Positions 37,585 to 46,883 of a DNA stretch of 64,000 nucleotides are shown here, piece after piece (position 1 is the stretch's first letter; each line of letters begins with the position of its first letter). A program made the position numbers and the translations under genes. The stretch lies in assembly GCA_965243025.1 (NCBI GenBank), contig CBDETY010000003.1, positions 3,936,001-4,000,000 of the forward strand, given 5' to 3'. Source of the DNA: Candidatus Latescibacterota bacterium (GTDB taxonomy: Bacteria > Latescibacterota > UBA2968 > UBA8231). The notes under the pieces are model-generated. The model was not told the origin of the DNA and searched no databases. It saw only the letters and a list, made by a program, of their open reading frames with translations.

Positions 37585-38586
37585 CTATTCGATTTTCAAA
37601 AACTCCCCGCCCCGGCGCGCCGACTCCTCCGCCATGATGGTCGCCTTCGAGACCGCCAGGACATCCTCCGTGGTAATGAAGTTCTCCTCCCCCTTCTCGA
37701 AGGCGGAGACCATGTTCTCGACGAAGTTCCCGTGCGACCTGGCGGAGAAGTCCGGTTCATAGGCCCCCTTACCGTCGGCGACGACGAGCAGCCCGTCGCC
37801 GGCGTAGGCGCGCAGGTGGGCCGAGCCGCGGGTGCCCATGATGATGAAGCGGGTGTCGCCGAAGGACGGGGAGTCCTCCGGGGTGAGCCAGTCGGCGGTA
37901 ATCACGGCGCCGGCTCCCGAGCTGAGCTGGTACGAGGCCTGGACATGGTCCATCTCGATGCGGCGGGGAGGCCGGTGTTTTGCGCTTCTGGTCCCGTAGG
38001 CGTGCACCCCTACGCACTCGGCTCCGGTCAGCCAGCGCACCTGGTCGACCCCGTGGCAGGCGACGTCGCTGAAGGTGCCGACGTAGCGCTGCGGATCGAA
38101 GTAGAAGTCCGGAGCGCCGCCGTAAAGCCGGTGCGGGTGCGTCGAGATGAGGCTGACGATCTCGCCGAGCTCCCCTGCCAGCACCGCCTCGCGGAGGGCG
38201 ATGAAGGGGGGGTGGCTCCGCGACGTGTAGTACATGGTCAGGCGGATGCCGCCCGCCTCGACGGCGCGCCGGATGCGGTGCCACTCCTCCAGGGTGCGGC
38301 AGAGGGGCTTGTCGAGGAACACGTGAACCCCTGCCGCGGCGCAGGCTTCTATCGCCGGCACCTTCTCGTGGTGGCCGAGCCCCTCCAGGACGACGTCGGG
38401 TGCCGCTTCGGAGAGCATCTCCTCCAGCGTGCCGAAGCGGGGTATCGGCGACTCCCCCGTGTACTGCTCGTAAAGGGCGTCGTCGGCCTCGACCAGGCCG
38501 ACGATCCCGGCGTTGGCGGCGTCGCGCGCCGAACGCACCATGCCGCCGATGTGTCCGTAATGCACGCCGGCGATTCCCAGCCTCAT
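37585..38586 (-). CDS. Gfo/Idh/MocA oxidoreductase
   Basis: GVHVFLDKP, GELGEI, DVACHGVD. Confidence 0.85.
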   Translation of the reverse strand: MRLGIAGVHYGHIGGMVRSARDAANAGIVGLVEADDALYEQYTGESPIPRFGTLEEMLSEAAPDVVLEGLGHHEKVPAIEACAAAGVHVFLDKPLCRTLEEWHRIRRAVEAGGIRLTMYYTSRSHPPFIALREAVLAGELGEIVSLISTHPHRLYGGAPDFYFDPQRYVGTFSDVACHGVDQVRWLTGAECVGVHAYGTRSAKHRPPRRIEMDHVQASYQLSSGAGAVITADWLTPEDSPSFGDTRFIIMGTRGSAHLRAYAGDGLLVVADGKGAYEPDFSARSHGNFVENMVSAFEKGEENFITTEDVLAVSKATIMAEESARRGGEFLKIE

Positions 38587-38753
38587 GCTCGCAATCTCCC
38601 GTGTGAAGGGCGCCCCCGCCGGAGGCTGCCGGTTTTCAGATTCGTTTTCCACGCCCCCGACGCTTTCGAGGGGATCCCGCCGCCGGAAGTTGATGGCCCC
38701 TCCGGGCTCACCAATCTTTACGGCCGAACCTGACCTTGGCAAGGAAAGAACAA

Positions 38754-39638
38754 ATGGACGATCTGACCAAACGACTGCTTGGACGCACCGGCCTCGAGGT
38801 CACCCAGCTCGGCTTCGGAGCGGGCGAACGCGGCCTGCCGGACTCGGCCGACTACGACGACCAGGCCGGCGCCGTGCTGAACGCCGCCCTCGACGCCGGC
38901 ATCAACCTCGTCGACACCGCCCCGGACTACGGGGCCAGCGAGGAGCGGATCGGCAGGTACGCAGGCCACCGCCGCGACGAGTTCTTCCTCGCCACCAAGT
39001 GCGGGTGCAACATCGACCTCGACGGAAACCGCCTGCAGCCGGGGCACCTGTGGACCGCCGACCGCCTGCGCGCCAACATCGACCAGAGCCTGCGCCGGCT
39101 GAGGACCGACCGCGTCGATCTGCTGCAGATGCACAACCCCACCGTGGAAGAGGTCGAGAAAGGGGGGCTTGCCGAGGCCCTCGAGGAGATCCGCCGGGCC
39201 GGGAAGACCCGCTTCATCGGGGTCTCTTCCACGGCGCCGGATCTACAGGAATTCGCAGCGACGGGGGTCTTCGACACGTTCCAGATTCCGTATTCCGCTG
39301 TCGAGCGCCGGCACGAGCGGATGATTCAGGACGCCGCCGATGCCGGGGCCGGCATTCTCATCCGCGGCGGCATCGGCCTGGGACACCGGGCCCACGCGGA
39401 CCGCGATGCGACATGGGAGAAGGCCGGCCTCGAGGAGCTCGCCGAAGGGATGGGCCGGCACGCGTTCGTCCTGCGGTTCACCCTGGCGCACCCGGCCTGT
39501 CACACGACCATCGTCGGCACCACCAGCCTCGACCACATGAAGGCCAACGTCGCCGCGGCCCTGGAAGGTCCGCTGCCCGCCGACGTCTGCTCCGAGGCCA
39601 AGGCCAGGCTGACGGGCATCGGGGAAGTCCCGGAGTAG
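38754..39638 (+). CDS. Aldo/keto reductase
   Basis: LGRTGLEV, DTAPDYG.SE, ATKCG, SLRRLRTD.VDLLQMH, GKTRFIGVS. Confidence 0.92.
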   Translation: MDDLTKRLLGRTGLEVTQLGFGAGERGLPDSADYDDQAGAVLNAALDAGINLVDTAPDYGASEERIGRYAGHRRDEFFLATKCGCNIDLDGNRLQPGHLWTADRLRANIDQSLRRLRTDRVDLLQMHNPTVEEVEKGGLAEALEEIRRAGKTRFIGVSSTAPDLQEFAATGVFDTFQIPYSAVERRHERMIQDAADAGAGILIRGGIGLGHRAHADRDATWEKAGLEELAEGMGRHAFVLRFTLAHPACHTTIVGTTSLDHMKANVAAALEGPLPADVCSEAKARLTGIGEVPE

Positions 39639-39785
39639 CCGGGCGGCCACCCGCCCGGGGAACCGGGCGAAGGGACAGCGGGAAGGGCCGCGCTGTGGGC
39701 GGGTTGTTGACCGGGGCAAGGGACTGCAAGTGTGGCGAGGGGGCTGGATGTGCCGGCCCCTGTGGAAAGGTGTACGGGGATTATC

Positions 39786-40706
39786 CTACTCTTCATTCAG
39801 CGAGGCCTTGATCCGTCCCCAGGTACTTCCCTGGACCGCGGTTACGTCCGGCTCGACGGGCAGCAGGATCCCGTCGAGAAGGCCACCCGAAAGTACTTCC
39901 TCCACCCCCACTCCCACCGGCCTCAAGGACCTTATCTCGTGATGCCTTTGGGGCGGGTCGTAGTCCCAAACCACGATTTCAAAGCCGATGATTTTCCCCG
40001 CTACCAGCTCGCTGACCACGTTGTCCGCGGAGACATCAAACCCATTCCCCCACCAATCGAACGGCGTTACGTAGAACTCGATGACGCTGATGACCGGCGC
40101 TTCTCCTGCAACGCTTCCGCCCGCTTCCCCGTAGGGAGGCAGTACCGTCCAGGCGAACTCACCCGTGAAGTATCTGGTGTCAGAATCATCCAGGGTCGGA
40201 CCTTCCGGGGTGCGGGCAATCGCATCGTAACCCTGAATCTGCCCGCGAGCCTCTGCATAATCTTCCTCCTCTATGCAGGAACGACATCTCTCACCCCCGC
40301 TGTGGTCTCCGTCGATGGACAGCTGGATGCTGTCATTGTTGCTCATGGAAGATTCTAAAAACACACTATAGTCGTGGGTGTTCTTGTACACGTCGTCGGC
40401 GGCGACGAAGGCCACGTAGAAACGGGCCGGCTCGTCGTGCCAGGCCAGCCAGATCCGGAAGTCAAGGGTGGCCGGATCGGGCGGGATTTCCTCACCGATT
40501 TTCCGGAAATCCAGGGAGGTCATGGCCGGGTCCCCATGCAGCTCGTACCACTCGTCTATGCGGCCGTCCAACTGGACCTCGGCCAGCATATCGTCGCTGA
40601 GCCAGGAAACCGGAAACAGACGGTCTCCCACGTGGGCGCCGGCAGACCCCGGCAGCCACAGCAGCATGCCCAATGCGAGGACCCATTGCTTCCTGATCCG
40701 GTTCAT
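39786..40706 (-). CDS. Secreted CBM9/DOMON-like protein with TWGRIK C-terminal tail (paralog 2)
   Basis: Signal peptide; 'LDG..DEW', 'IWLAWHD', 'IDGDHSGG', 'VIEF', 'IGF...DYD', ends TAVQGSTWGRIKASLNEE. Confidence 0.75.
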   Translation of the reverse strand: MNRIRKQWVLALGMLLWLPGSAGAHVGDRLFPVSWLSDDMLAEVQLDGRIDEWYELHGDPAMTSLDFRKIGEEIPPDPATLDFRIWLAWHDEPARFYVAFVAADDVYKNTHDYSVFLESSMSNNDSIQLSIDGDHSGGERCRSCIEEEDYAEARGQIQGYDAIARTPEGPTLDDSDTRYFTGEFAWTVLPPYGEAGGSVAGEAPVISVIEFYVTPFDWWGNGFDVSADNVVSELVAGKIIGFEIVVWDYDPPQRHHEIRSLRPVGVGVEEVLSGGLLDGILLPVEPDVTAVQGSTWGRIKASLNEE

Positions 40707-40762
40707 CCCGGTCTTTCCCCTTCCCCGGGGGATTTCGCCCGAACCATGCGGAAGAGTACTGC

Positions 40763-41686
40763 CTACTCCACCTTCAACGAGGCCTTGATCCGTCCCCAGG
40801 TACTGCCCTCGACAGCGGTGACCTCCGGCTCGACGGGCAGCAGGATCCCGTCGAGAAGGCCATCCCCCCGCACAAACAGAAGGTCTAACCAATCCACTCC
40901 TTCCGGCACCCAATACTCCACCTCGTAATACTCTTGAGGCGGATCATGGTCATACACGACCATCGCAAAACCGATGACCTGTCCCGGGGTCAAGTCGCTG
41001 ATCACGTTATTTGCGGCGCTGTCCCATCCATTCTCCCACGAGTCGAACGGCGCAACGAACAGCTCGATGACGCTGACGACCGGCGCCTCTCCGACTACGC
41101 CTCCGCCCCCTTCACCATGGGGAGGCAGTCCCTGCCAGTTGACCATCCCGGCCAGGGTCGGTCCGCTGGCAGTTCGGGCAATCGCCCGGTAATACTGAGT
41201 TTGCCCGTGGGCTTCCGCATAGTCCGCCCACCCGTCCTCCGTCGAACAGTTCGAGAAACGACAGCCCACACCCCCGCTGTGATCTCCGTCGATGGCCAGC
41301 TCAATCCTGTCATTGTCTTCAAAAAATTGCAGCGAATCCACACTAGGGTCGTGGGTGTTTTTGTACACGTCGTCCGCCGCAAGGAAGGCCACGTAGAAAC
41401 GGGCGGGGTCGTCGTGCCAGGCCAGCCAGATCCGCAGTTCCAGCGACGCCCGATCCGGGGTCCCTCCCTCGACACTTTCCCGGAAATCCAGCGAGGTCAT
41501 GGCCGGCTCGCCGAGCAGCTCGTACCACTCCTGTATGCTGCCGTCCTGAAGCTGGACTTCGGCCAGCATCTCATCGCTGAGAAAGGGAATCGGGTACAGG
41601 CGTTCTCCCACGTGGCCGGCGGCCGACGCCGGCAGCCACAGCAGCAGGCCAAATGCCGCGTGCCAACAGTTTCCGATCCGGTTCAT
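40763..41686 (-). CDS. Secreted CBM9/DOMON-like protein with TWGRIK C-terminal tail (paralog 1)
   Basis: Clear tandem paralog of 39786-40706; ends TAVEGSTWGRIKASLKVE. Confidence 0.75.
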   Translation of the reverse strand: MNRIGNCWHAAFGLLLWLPASAAGHVGERLYPIPFLSDEMLAEVQLQDGSIQEWYELLGEPAMTSLDFRESVEGGTPDRASLELRIWLAWHDDPARFYVAFLAADDVYKNTHDPSVDSLQFFEDNDRIELAIDGDHSGGVGCRFSNCSTEDGWADYAEAHGQTQYYRAIARTASGPTLAGMVNWQGLPPHGEGGGGVVGEAPVVSVIELFVAPFDSWENGWDSAANNVISDLTPGQVIGFAMVVYDHDPPQEYYEVEYWVPEGVDWLDLLFVRGDGLLDGILLPVEPEVTAVEGSTWGRIKASLKVE

Positions 41687-41898
41687 CGGTCTGTCTCCTT
41701 TCCCCCGGGCGATATCGCCCAGACGATACTACCCATTGCCCGAGCCGGCTTGCCGCCCCGGGTCAGTGACTTCACTCATTCCGCCACCCCGCGACACCTG
41801 TTGCGGGAACGGGCGCCCGGTACAGGGAATCCTCCTGCCCAACCCCGGCCGACACCCGCAGCCACTGACCCTGGCTCGGACCCTGACCCCCAATTACC

Positions 41899-43023
41899 CT
41901 ACGCCGCCCGGATCCCGCGCACCTCCTCCGACCAGTCCCGCCAGATGTCGCCGCCGGCGTTGTCGACCACGAGCGCGTCCGGAACCGACTCGGCGGTCTT
42001 GAGGTAACCGTAGATCGTCGCCTGGCGGATGACGTCGGCGGACCGGTTCTGTCCGGCGATGTGCAGGATCTTGGTGTGCCACAGCACCGCGGTGCCGGCC
42101 GGCCCGTGACAGTCGACGGGATCCGTGTCGGCCTTGATCTCCCCGATGACGGGGTCGTTGTAGCCTCCCGCCTTGCGCACCGGCAGGTGCTTGTCGGTGT
42201 GCTTCTCCCCCTCGTGGAAGGCCTTCCACTGCTCCGGCCAGATCCTCGCGTGGCTCCCGGGCCACACGGTGAAGCCGCCGCAGCCAGGGGGCAGGTCGTC
42301 GATGTAGGCGGAAACCTGCAGTCGATAGCGGCTGTAGCAGGCGCCGTCGGAATGGGCGCCGCGGTAGTCGGCGGTGTGCGCAGGGCTGCCGGGCAGGGTG
42401 CAGTACAGGCCGCGCGTCCCCTGGCCGTTGAGCCACACCGGTCCGGTCGCCGGCAGGCGCAGCTCTTCGGTGGTGAAGGTCCCCTGCCGCGGCCAGCCCA
42501 TGTCGCCGCCGGTGTGGCTGACCAGCCCGCCCACCGCGTCGTCGCACATGAAGCAGGGACCGGTCGCGGTCCCGGACTCGTCGAGCCCTTGCGGCCACAC
42601 CACGGTGCCCTCCCCGAGGAGCTGGCCGGCGACCTGCCACAGCGCCCGCGGCACGAGGTCGAGGAGGGTTTCCCCGGTGCCGTTGCGGACCGTATAGCGG
42701 TGGTTCCTGCCGCTGAACAGGGGTTCGCCGCCGGCCGGGGGCCGGTTGGCCGCCAGCCTTTCGTGCTCCTCCATGGTCACCGGTCCCCAGGTTGAGGAGT
42801 CGCCCCGCTTCATGCGCGGCAGCGCCTCGCCGACCGCCTCCCACATCTCGTCCCGGGCCCGGCGGCACAGCTCCGGGTCGAGGACCCCCGGGAGAACGAG
42901 GTACCCGTCCCGCTTGAAGTCGGCGATCTGGCTCTCCCTCAGGCGCTCGACCTGCCTGACGTCCGGGGTTTTTCGGGGCTCGACCATTTCAGTCCTTCCC
43001 TGGTGTTTGGCGTTCGCGGTCAT
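41899..43023 (-). CDS. Phytanoyl-CoA dioxygenase family protein
   Basis: QIADFKRDGYLVL, HSD, GGFTVWPGSH, WHTKILH, R. Confidence 0.8.
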   Translation of the reverse strand: MTANAKHQGRTEMVEPRKTPDVRQVERLRESQIADFKRDGYLVLPGVLDPELCRRARDEMWEAVGEALPRMKRGDSSTWGPVTMEEHERLAANRPPAGGEPLFSGRNHRYTVRNGTGETLLDLVPRALWQVAGQLLGEGTVVWPQGLDESGTATGPCFMCDDAVGGLVSHTGGDMGWPRQGTFTTEELRLPATGPVWLNGQGTRGLYCTLPGSPAHTADYRGAHSDGACYSRYRLQVSAYIDDLPPGCGGFTVWPGSHARIWPEQWKAFHEGEKHTDKHLPVRKAGGYNDPVIGEIKADTDPVDCHGPAGTAVLWHTKILHIAGQNRSADVIRQATIYGYLKTAESVPDALVVDNAGGDIWRDWSEEVRGIRAA

Positions 43024-44054
43024 TCGATATCGACCCTTTGCTGCGCCTCGGCACTGTCATACAGGGCATCGAGGATCTTCATGAACACGTATGCCTCCGC
43101 GGCGCCGACATCCGGTTCGACCTCTCCGGCGGCGGCCATCGCAAAGTGCTCTATCTCGTAGAAGAAGACAGGCGGATTCTCCGGTAGCTCGCTGTGGGGG
43201 ATCTCCACCGCTTCATCGATCTCCTCGCGGATGAACCCCGACTCCCGATGCCGGCAGATGGCCCCTCCCGTGATCGCGCCCGTGCTGCCGTAGAGCTCGA
43301 CGGTGGTCGGCGAATCGGTGTGCACCATGCGGGAGCAATCGATCTGAATCGTCTTGCCGCCTTCGAAACCCACCAGCCCGGTGAAATAGTCCTCGGCAGG
43401 GCCCTCGGGTCCATCGTAGACCGGGTATACGGCGTGTGCCGCACCGAACGCCCACTCGGGCCGGGGACAACCCATCCACCACCAGGCCAGATCCAGTTCA
43501 TGCGAGTAGTGCTGCGCCAGTGATCCTCCCTTGCGGCCGTAGGCGTGCAACCAGCGCGTGCCGTCGGTCAGCGGGGGAATCGAATTGTATTTACCGAAGA
43601 TGCGGGCATGATAGGCGCCGCCGATTTTTCCGCGCTGCACAGCCCGGCGAATCCTGCGGTTGCCGGGGTAGTGACGCATGAAGTAACAGAACTGGAGCGT
43701 CTTGTCCGCCTTCCTGGAGGCGGCCTCCATCTCCAGGATTTCGGGAGCCCTGATCGCGTGCGGCTTCTGTACCAGGGCGTGCTTGCCGGCGTCGAGGATA
43801 TCGACAACCATCTGCAGCCGGCCTTCGGGAGTGGTGGCGAGGTAGACGGCCTCGACAGTGGGGTCATCGAGCAGGTCGCGGTAATCGCCGTATGATCCGG
43901 GTACGGAGAATTCCTCAACGACATGGCCGCGCCGCGTCAGGTCGAGATCCGCCACGGCAACGACCGAGGTGCGGGGGACCGCGGTTGCCGCCAGTACGGC
44001 TTGCTCTCCTGCCCAGCCGCAGCCAACGACTCCAAGCTTTATCGGCTCTGTCAT
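43020..44054 (-). CDS. Gfo/Idh/MocA oxidoreductase
   Basis: GVVGCGWAG, GKHALVQKP, HELDLA. Confidence 0.88.
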   Translation of the reverse strand: MTEPIKLGVVGCGWAGEQAVLAATAVPRTSVVAVADLDLTRRGHVVEEFSVPGSYGDYRDLLDDPTVEAVYLATTPEGRLQMVVDILDAGKHALVQKPHAIRAPEILEMEAASRKADKTLQFCYFMRHYPGNRRIRRAVQRGKIGGAYHARIFGKYNSIPPLTDGTRWLHAYGRKGGSLAQHYSHELDLAWWWMGCPRPEWAFGAAHAVYPVYDGPEGPAEDYFTGLVGFEGGKTIQIDCSRMVHTDSPTTVELYGSTGAITGGAICRHRESGFIREEIDEAVEIPHSELPENPPVFFYEIEHFAMAAAGEVEPDVGAAEAYVFMKILDALYDSAEAQQRVDIE

Positions 44055-44141
44055 GTTCGAAACCCTTCGTATCCCGGAGTAACGCGGGGCGAATGAAGAA
44101 ATGGGCTCCAGAATGTGATTGTGCTAAAATTCCCCACAAAA

Positions 44142-44184
44142 AAACAGGCACTTACTTTTGACTGCGGTAAGTGCCTGTTTATTT
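44142..44184 (-). terminator. Intrinsic terminator after tRNA-Phe
   Basis: AAACAGGCACTTAC...GTAAGTGCCTGTTT inverted repeat flanked by A/T runs. Confidence 0.75.
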
Positions 44185-44194
44185 TAAAGAAAAA

Positions 44195-44270
44195 TGGTGG
44201 CTCCTCGCGGAATCGAACCGCGGACACAGGGATTTTCAGTCCCCTGCTCTACCTACTGAGCTAAAGAGCC
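44195..44270 (-). tRNA. tRNA-Phe(GAA)
   Basis: GGCTCTTTAGCTCAGTAGGTAGAGCAGGGGACTGAAAATCCCTGTGTCCGCGGTTCGATTCCGCGAGGAGCCACCA: 76 nt cloverleaf, GAA anticodon, encoded CCA. Confidence 0.97.
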
Positions 44271-44409
44271 ACCAAAAAAGGCTTTGAAAAAGCGAGGGCC
44301 GGCTGTCCGACCTGCCGGCCATTCAGACAACCCCGATCAGCCTGCTCCGCAACGGGTTGCCGGAGCGGAAAACCTCAGGGTTGCCCCCCCACTCTGTCAA
44401 GGAGGACCG

Positions 44410-45000
44410 ATGGCCGTCAACGTGATCCCGTTCAGCATGCCGGCGCCGATGGAGATCCCGTCTCACATCGTCGAAATGCTCTCCGGAATGGAGCCCGGCG
44501 AAGCGGTCTGCAAGGGGATGGAGCTTCTGATGGGAATCGACGCGGCGGACGCGATGGTGTACGAACGGATCGCCGGCGACGGAACCCTGCACCTGCATGC
44601 GGTGCGCTCGGGCGACGGCCGTTCCGGAGAGCTGGAGCGTACCCTCGGCCAGGAGAGTTTCTACGGCAGGCCGCTCGGCGAAGATTCCCGCTCGACGGCC
44701 GCGGCGGCCTTCGAAAAGAACAGCCCCCTGCTGATCATGGGAGAAAGCAGCGGGGACGGCGACGGACCGCTGCCGCCCGGTCTCGGAAAGGTGATCCTCG
44801 GCGGAAGCGACAGCGGCAACGTCGGCTTCGTCTACGTCCTTCCCCTGTCAGGGGCCGGCGACCGGCCCCTCGGCGCCCTGACGCTGATCCGCGCACAAAA
44901 AAACGGGCCGCTCAATCACGAGCAGCCCAATATCGCCGAGGCAATGCGGCAGCTTCTCGGCCGGCTGCTCGATCGCCAGCCGCCGGCCGGAAGCGGATGA
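44410..45000 (+). CDS. Stand-alone GAF-like domain protein
   Basis: SD GGAGG; 'YVLPL....RPLGALTL' GAF-like C-terminal strands. Confidence 0.6.
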   Translation: MAVNVIPFSMPAPMEIPSHIVEMLSGMEPGEAVCKGMELLMGIDAADAMVYERIAGDGTLHLHAVRSGDGRSGELERTLGQESFYGRPLGEDSRSTAAAAFEKNSPLLIMGESSGDGDGPLPPGLGKVILGGSDSGNVGFVYVLPLSGAGDRPLGALTLIRAQKNGPLNHEQPNIAEAMRQLLGRLLDRQPPAGSG

Positions 45001-45017
45001 GAAACCGGGTATTCGCC

Positions 45018-45287
45018 TCAGGCGCCTGCCGGCTCGACGACTCCTTTCTGCAGCATCCAGGCCTCGACCTCTTCGCCGCTGACGTCGGCGAGCATCTCGC
45101 TGCCGACCACGACGCAGGGGGACAGCGGCTGGCCGCTTTTCTGCACCATCTCGGCGTAGTTTCCGGGATCGTTGATGATGTCCTTGTCCTCGTACTGCAG
45201 GCCGTACTTCGCGAAAACTTCCCGCACTCCGGCGCTCCAGCCGCACACCGGCTTGAGGTATGCCGTGATCTCAGGTTGGTCTGCCAT
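45018..45287 (-). CDS. Monothiol glutaredoxin-like protein
   Basis: KPVCGWS active site, 'SGQPLSPCV', 89 aa. Confidence 0.8.
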   Translation of the reverse strand: MADQPEITAYLKPVCGWSAGVREVFAKYGLQYEDKDIINDPGNYAEMVQKSGQPLSPCVVVGSEMLADVSGEEVEAWMLQKGVVEPAGA

Positions 45288-45537
45288 CTGCCAGTCCTCC
45301 GATAATTGGCGTCCAAAGGGAGTATCCGGCCTCGAAAGAGTTGCCCTCCGAGGCTGGAAGTGCTGAAATATACCCTCGCCTATCTACCTGTCAACCCAAT
45401 GTGTTACGTCGACTTTTAGCGATTGACTCCAGGGCTTTTGAAATGGTATCTTGGGAAATGCTTTCCCCCACCATCCCTCCCCGCAACCGGCAGGAACGCT
45501 TCCCCGGTCCCCCGTCCCTGCAAGATTACGAGGGCTG

Positions 45538-46806
45538 ATGGCTACCGAATCCCTGTATATCGAAGGTGGAACCCCCCTGGCCGGGGAGGCCGTGGTTCAG
45601 GGTTCCAAGAACGCCGCTCTACCGATGATCGCCGCGTCGATTCTCGCCGAAAGCGGACAGACCGTCCTGCACCGGGTCCCGCCGGTGAAGGACGTGCTTC
45701 TGGCAATGGAGATCCTGCGCCGCCTCGGGGCGCGGGTCGACTACGACCCCGACGAGGGGGTCGCCGTGATCGACGCGACCGCGCTTTCTTCCACCGAGCT
45801 GCCCGGGGAGCTTTCTCACCGGCTGCGCGCATCGCTGCTGTTCGTCGGACCCCTTCTCAGCCGCTTCGGGGAAGTGACGATCGAAGAGGTCGGAGGCTGC
45901 TCGATCGGGGCGAGGCCGACCGACTACCACTACCGCGGGTTCGCCCGCATGGGGGCAACTGTTTCCGGCACCGGCTCGGACGGCTACGACGTCCGGGCGG
46001 ACGACCTTCGCGGCGCAAAGATGTACCTCGACCTGCCGAGCCACACCGGGGTCGAGAACCTGGTCATGGCCGCCAGTCTGGCCAAGGGGGATTCGGTCAT
46101 CGTCAACGCCGCGTCCGATCCCGACATCTCCGACTTCGCGGAGCTGCTGATCAAGATGGGGGCCAAGGTGCAGGGCGTAGGCTCGCGCACCGTGCACATC
46201 ACCGGCGTCGACAAGCTTCACGGCGCCGAGCACACGGTCATGTACGACCGCCTCGACGCCGGCATACTGATGATGGCGGCCGCAATCACCGGGGGCGACG
46301 CAGCCCTGCGCGGCGTCGTCAGGCATCACCTCGACATCTTCGAAGCCAAGCTGGTGCAGATGGGGGTCGAGGTGAGCGGCGAGGGGGAGCTCGTTCGCGT
46401 CACCGGTCCGGACCGCCTGCAGCCGATCAACGTCGTGTCGACGTTCTACCCGGGATTTCCGACCGACCTGCAGCCGAGCATCACCGCTCTCGCCTGCGTC
46501 GCCGACGGCGACAGCTACATCCGCGAGACCGTGTTCGAGGACCGCTTCGGGCACGTCAAGAACCTGCGCGCCTTCGGCGCCAGCCTGTCCCCGGAAAAGG
46601 ACCGCGTCGTCATCGTCCACGGGCCTGCGAAGCTGCGGGGGACGCGGGTGCGGGCCCAGGACATCCGCGCCGGCGGCGCCTGCCTGCTGGCCGGGCTCGC
46701 CGCCGAGGGCCGCACCTGCATCACCAACCTCTACCAGCTCGACCGCGGCCACGCCGATCTCGCTGAGCGGCTGCGGGGGCTCGGAGCCGCGATCGAGCGC
46801 ATATAA
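45538..46806 (+). CDS. murA: UDP-N-acetylglucosamine 1-carboxyvinyltransferase
   Basis: GSKNAALP, RAS, GGCSIGARP (active-site Cys), YPGFPTDLQ, DIRAG, LDRG. Confidence 0.93.
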   Translation: MATESLYIEGGTPLAGEAVVQGSKNAALPMIAASILAESGQTVLHRVPPVKDVLLAMEILRRLGARVDYDPDEGVAVIDATALSSTELPGELSHRLRASLLFVGPLLSRFGEVTIEEVGGCSIGARPTDYHYRGFARMGATVSGTGSDGYDVRADDLRGAKMYLDLPSHTGVENLVMAASLAKGDSVIVNAASDPDISDFAELLIKMGAKVQGVGSRTVHITGVDKLHGAEHTVMYDRLDAGILMMAAAITGGDAALRGVVRHHLDIFEAKLVQMGVEVSGEGELVRVTGPDRLQPINVVSTFYPGFPTDLQPSITALACVADGDSYIRETVFEDRFGHVKNLRAFGASLSPEKDRVVIVHGPAKLRGTRVRAQDIRAGGACLLAGLAAEGRTCITNLYQLDRGHADLAERLRGLGAAIERI

Positions 46807-46827
46807 CTGAGGCTCCAAAGCACCGCG

Positions 46828-46863
46828 AAAAAGGCAGTCAGGGGTTTCCTTGACTGCCTTTTT
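46828..46863 (+). terminator. Bidirectional intrinsic terminator after murA
   Basis: AAAAAGGCAGTCAGG...CCTTGACTGCCTTTTT. Confidence 0.75.
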
Positions 46864-46883
46864 GTTTCTGCTACGTTGCGGTC

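Noticed and set aside
44100-44300. tRNA-Phe as a possible island integration site
   Set aside because: No integrase and no duplicated tRNA 3' end were found in the window.
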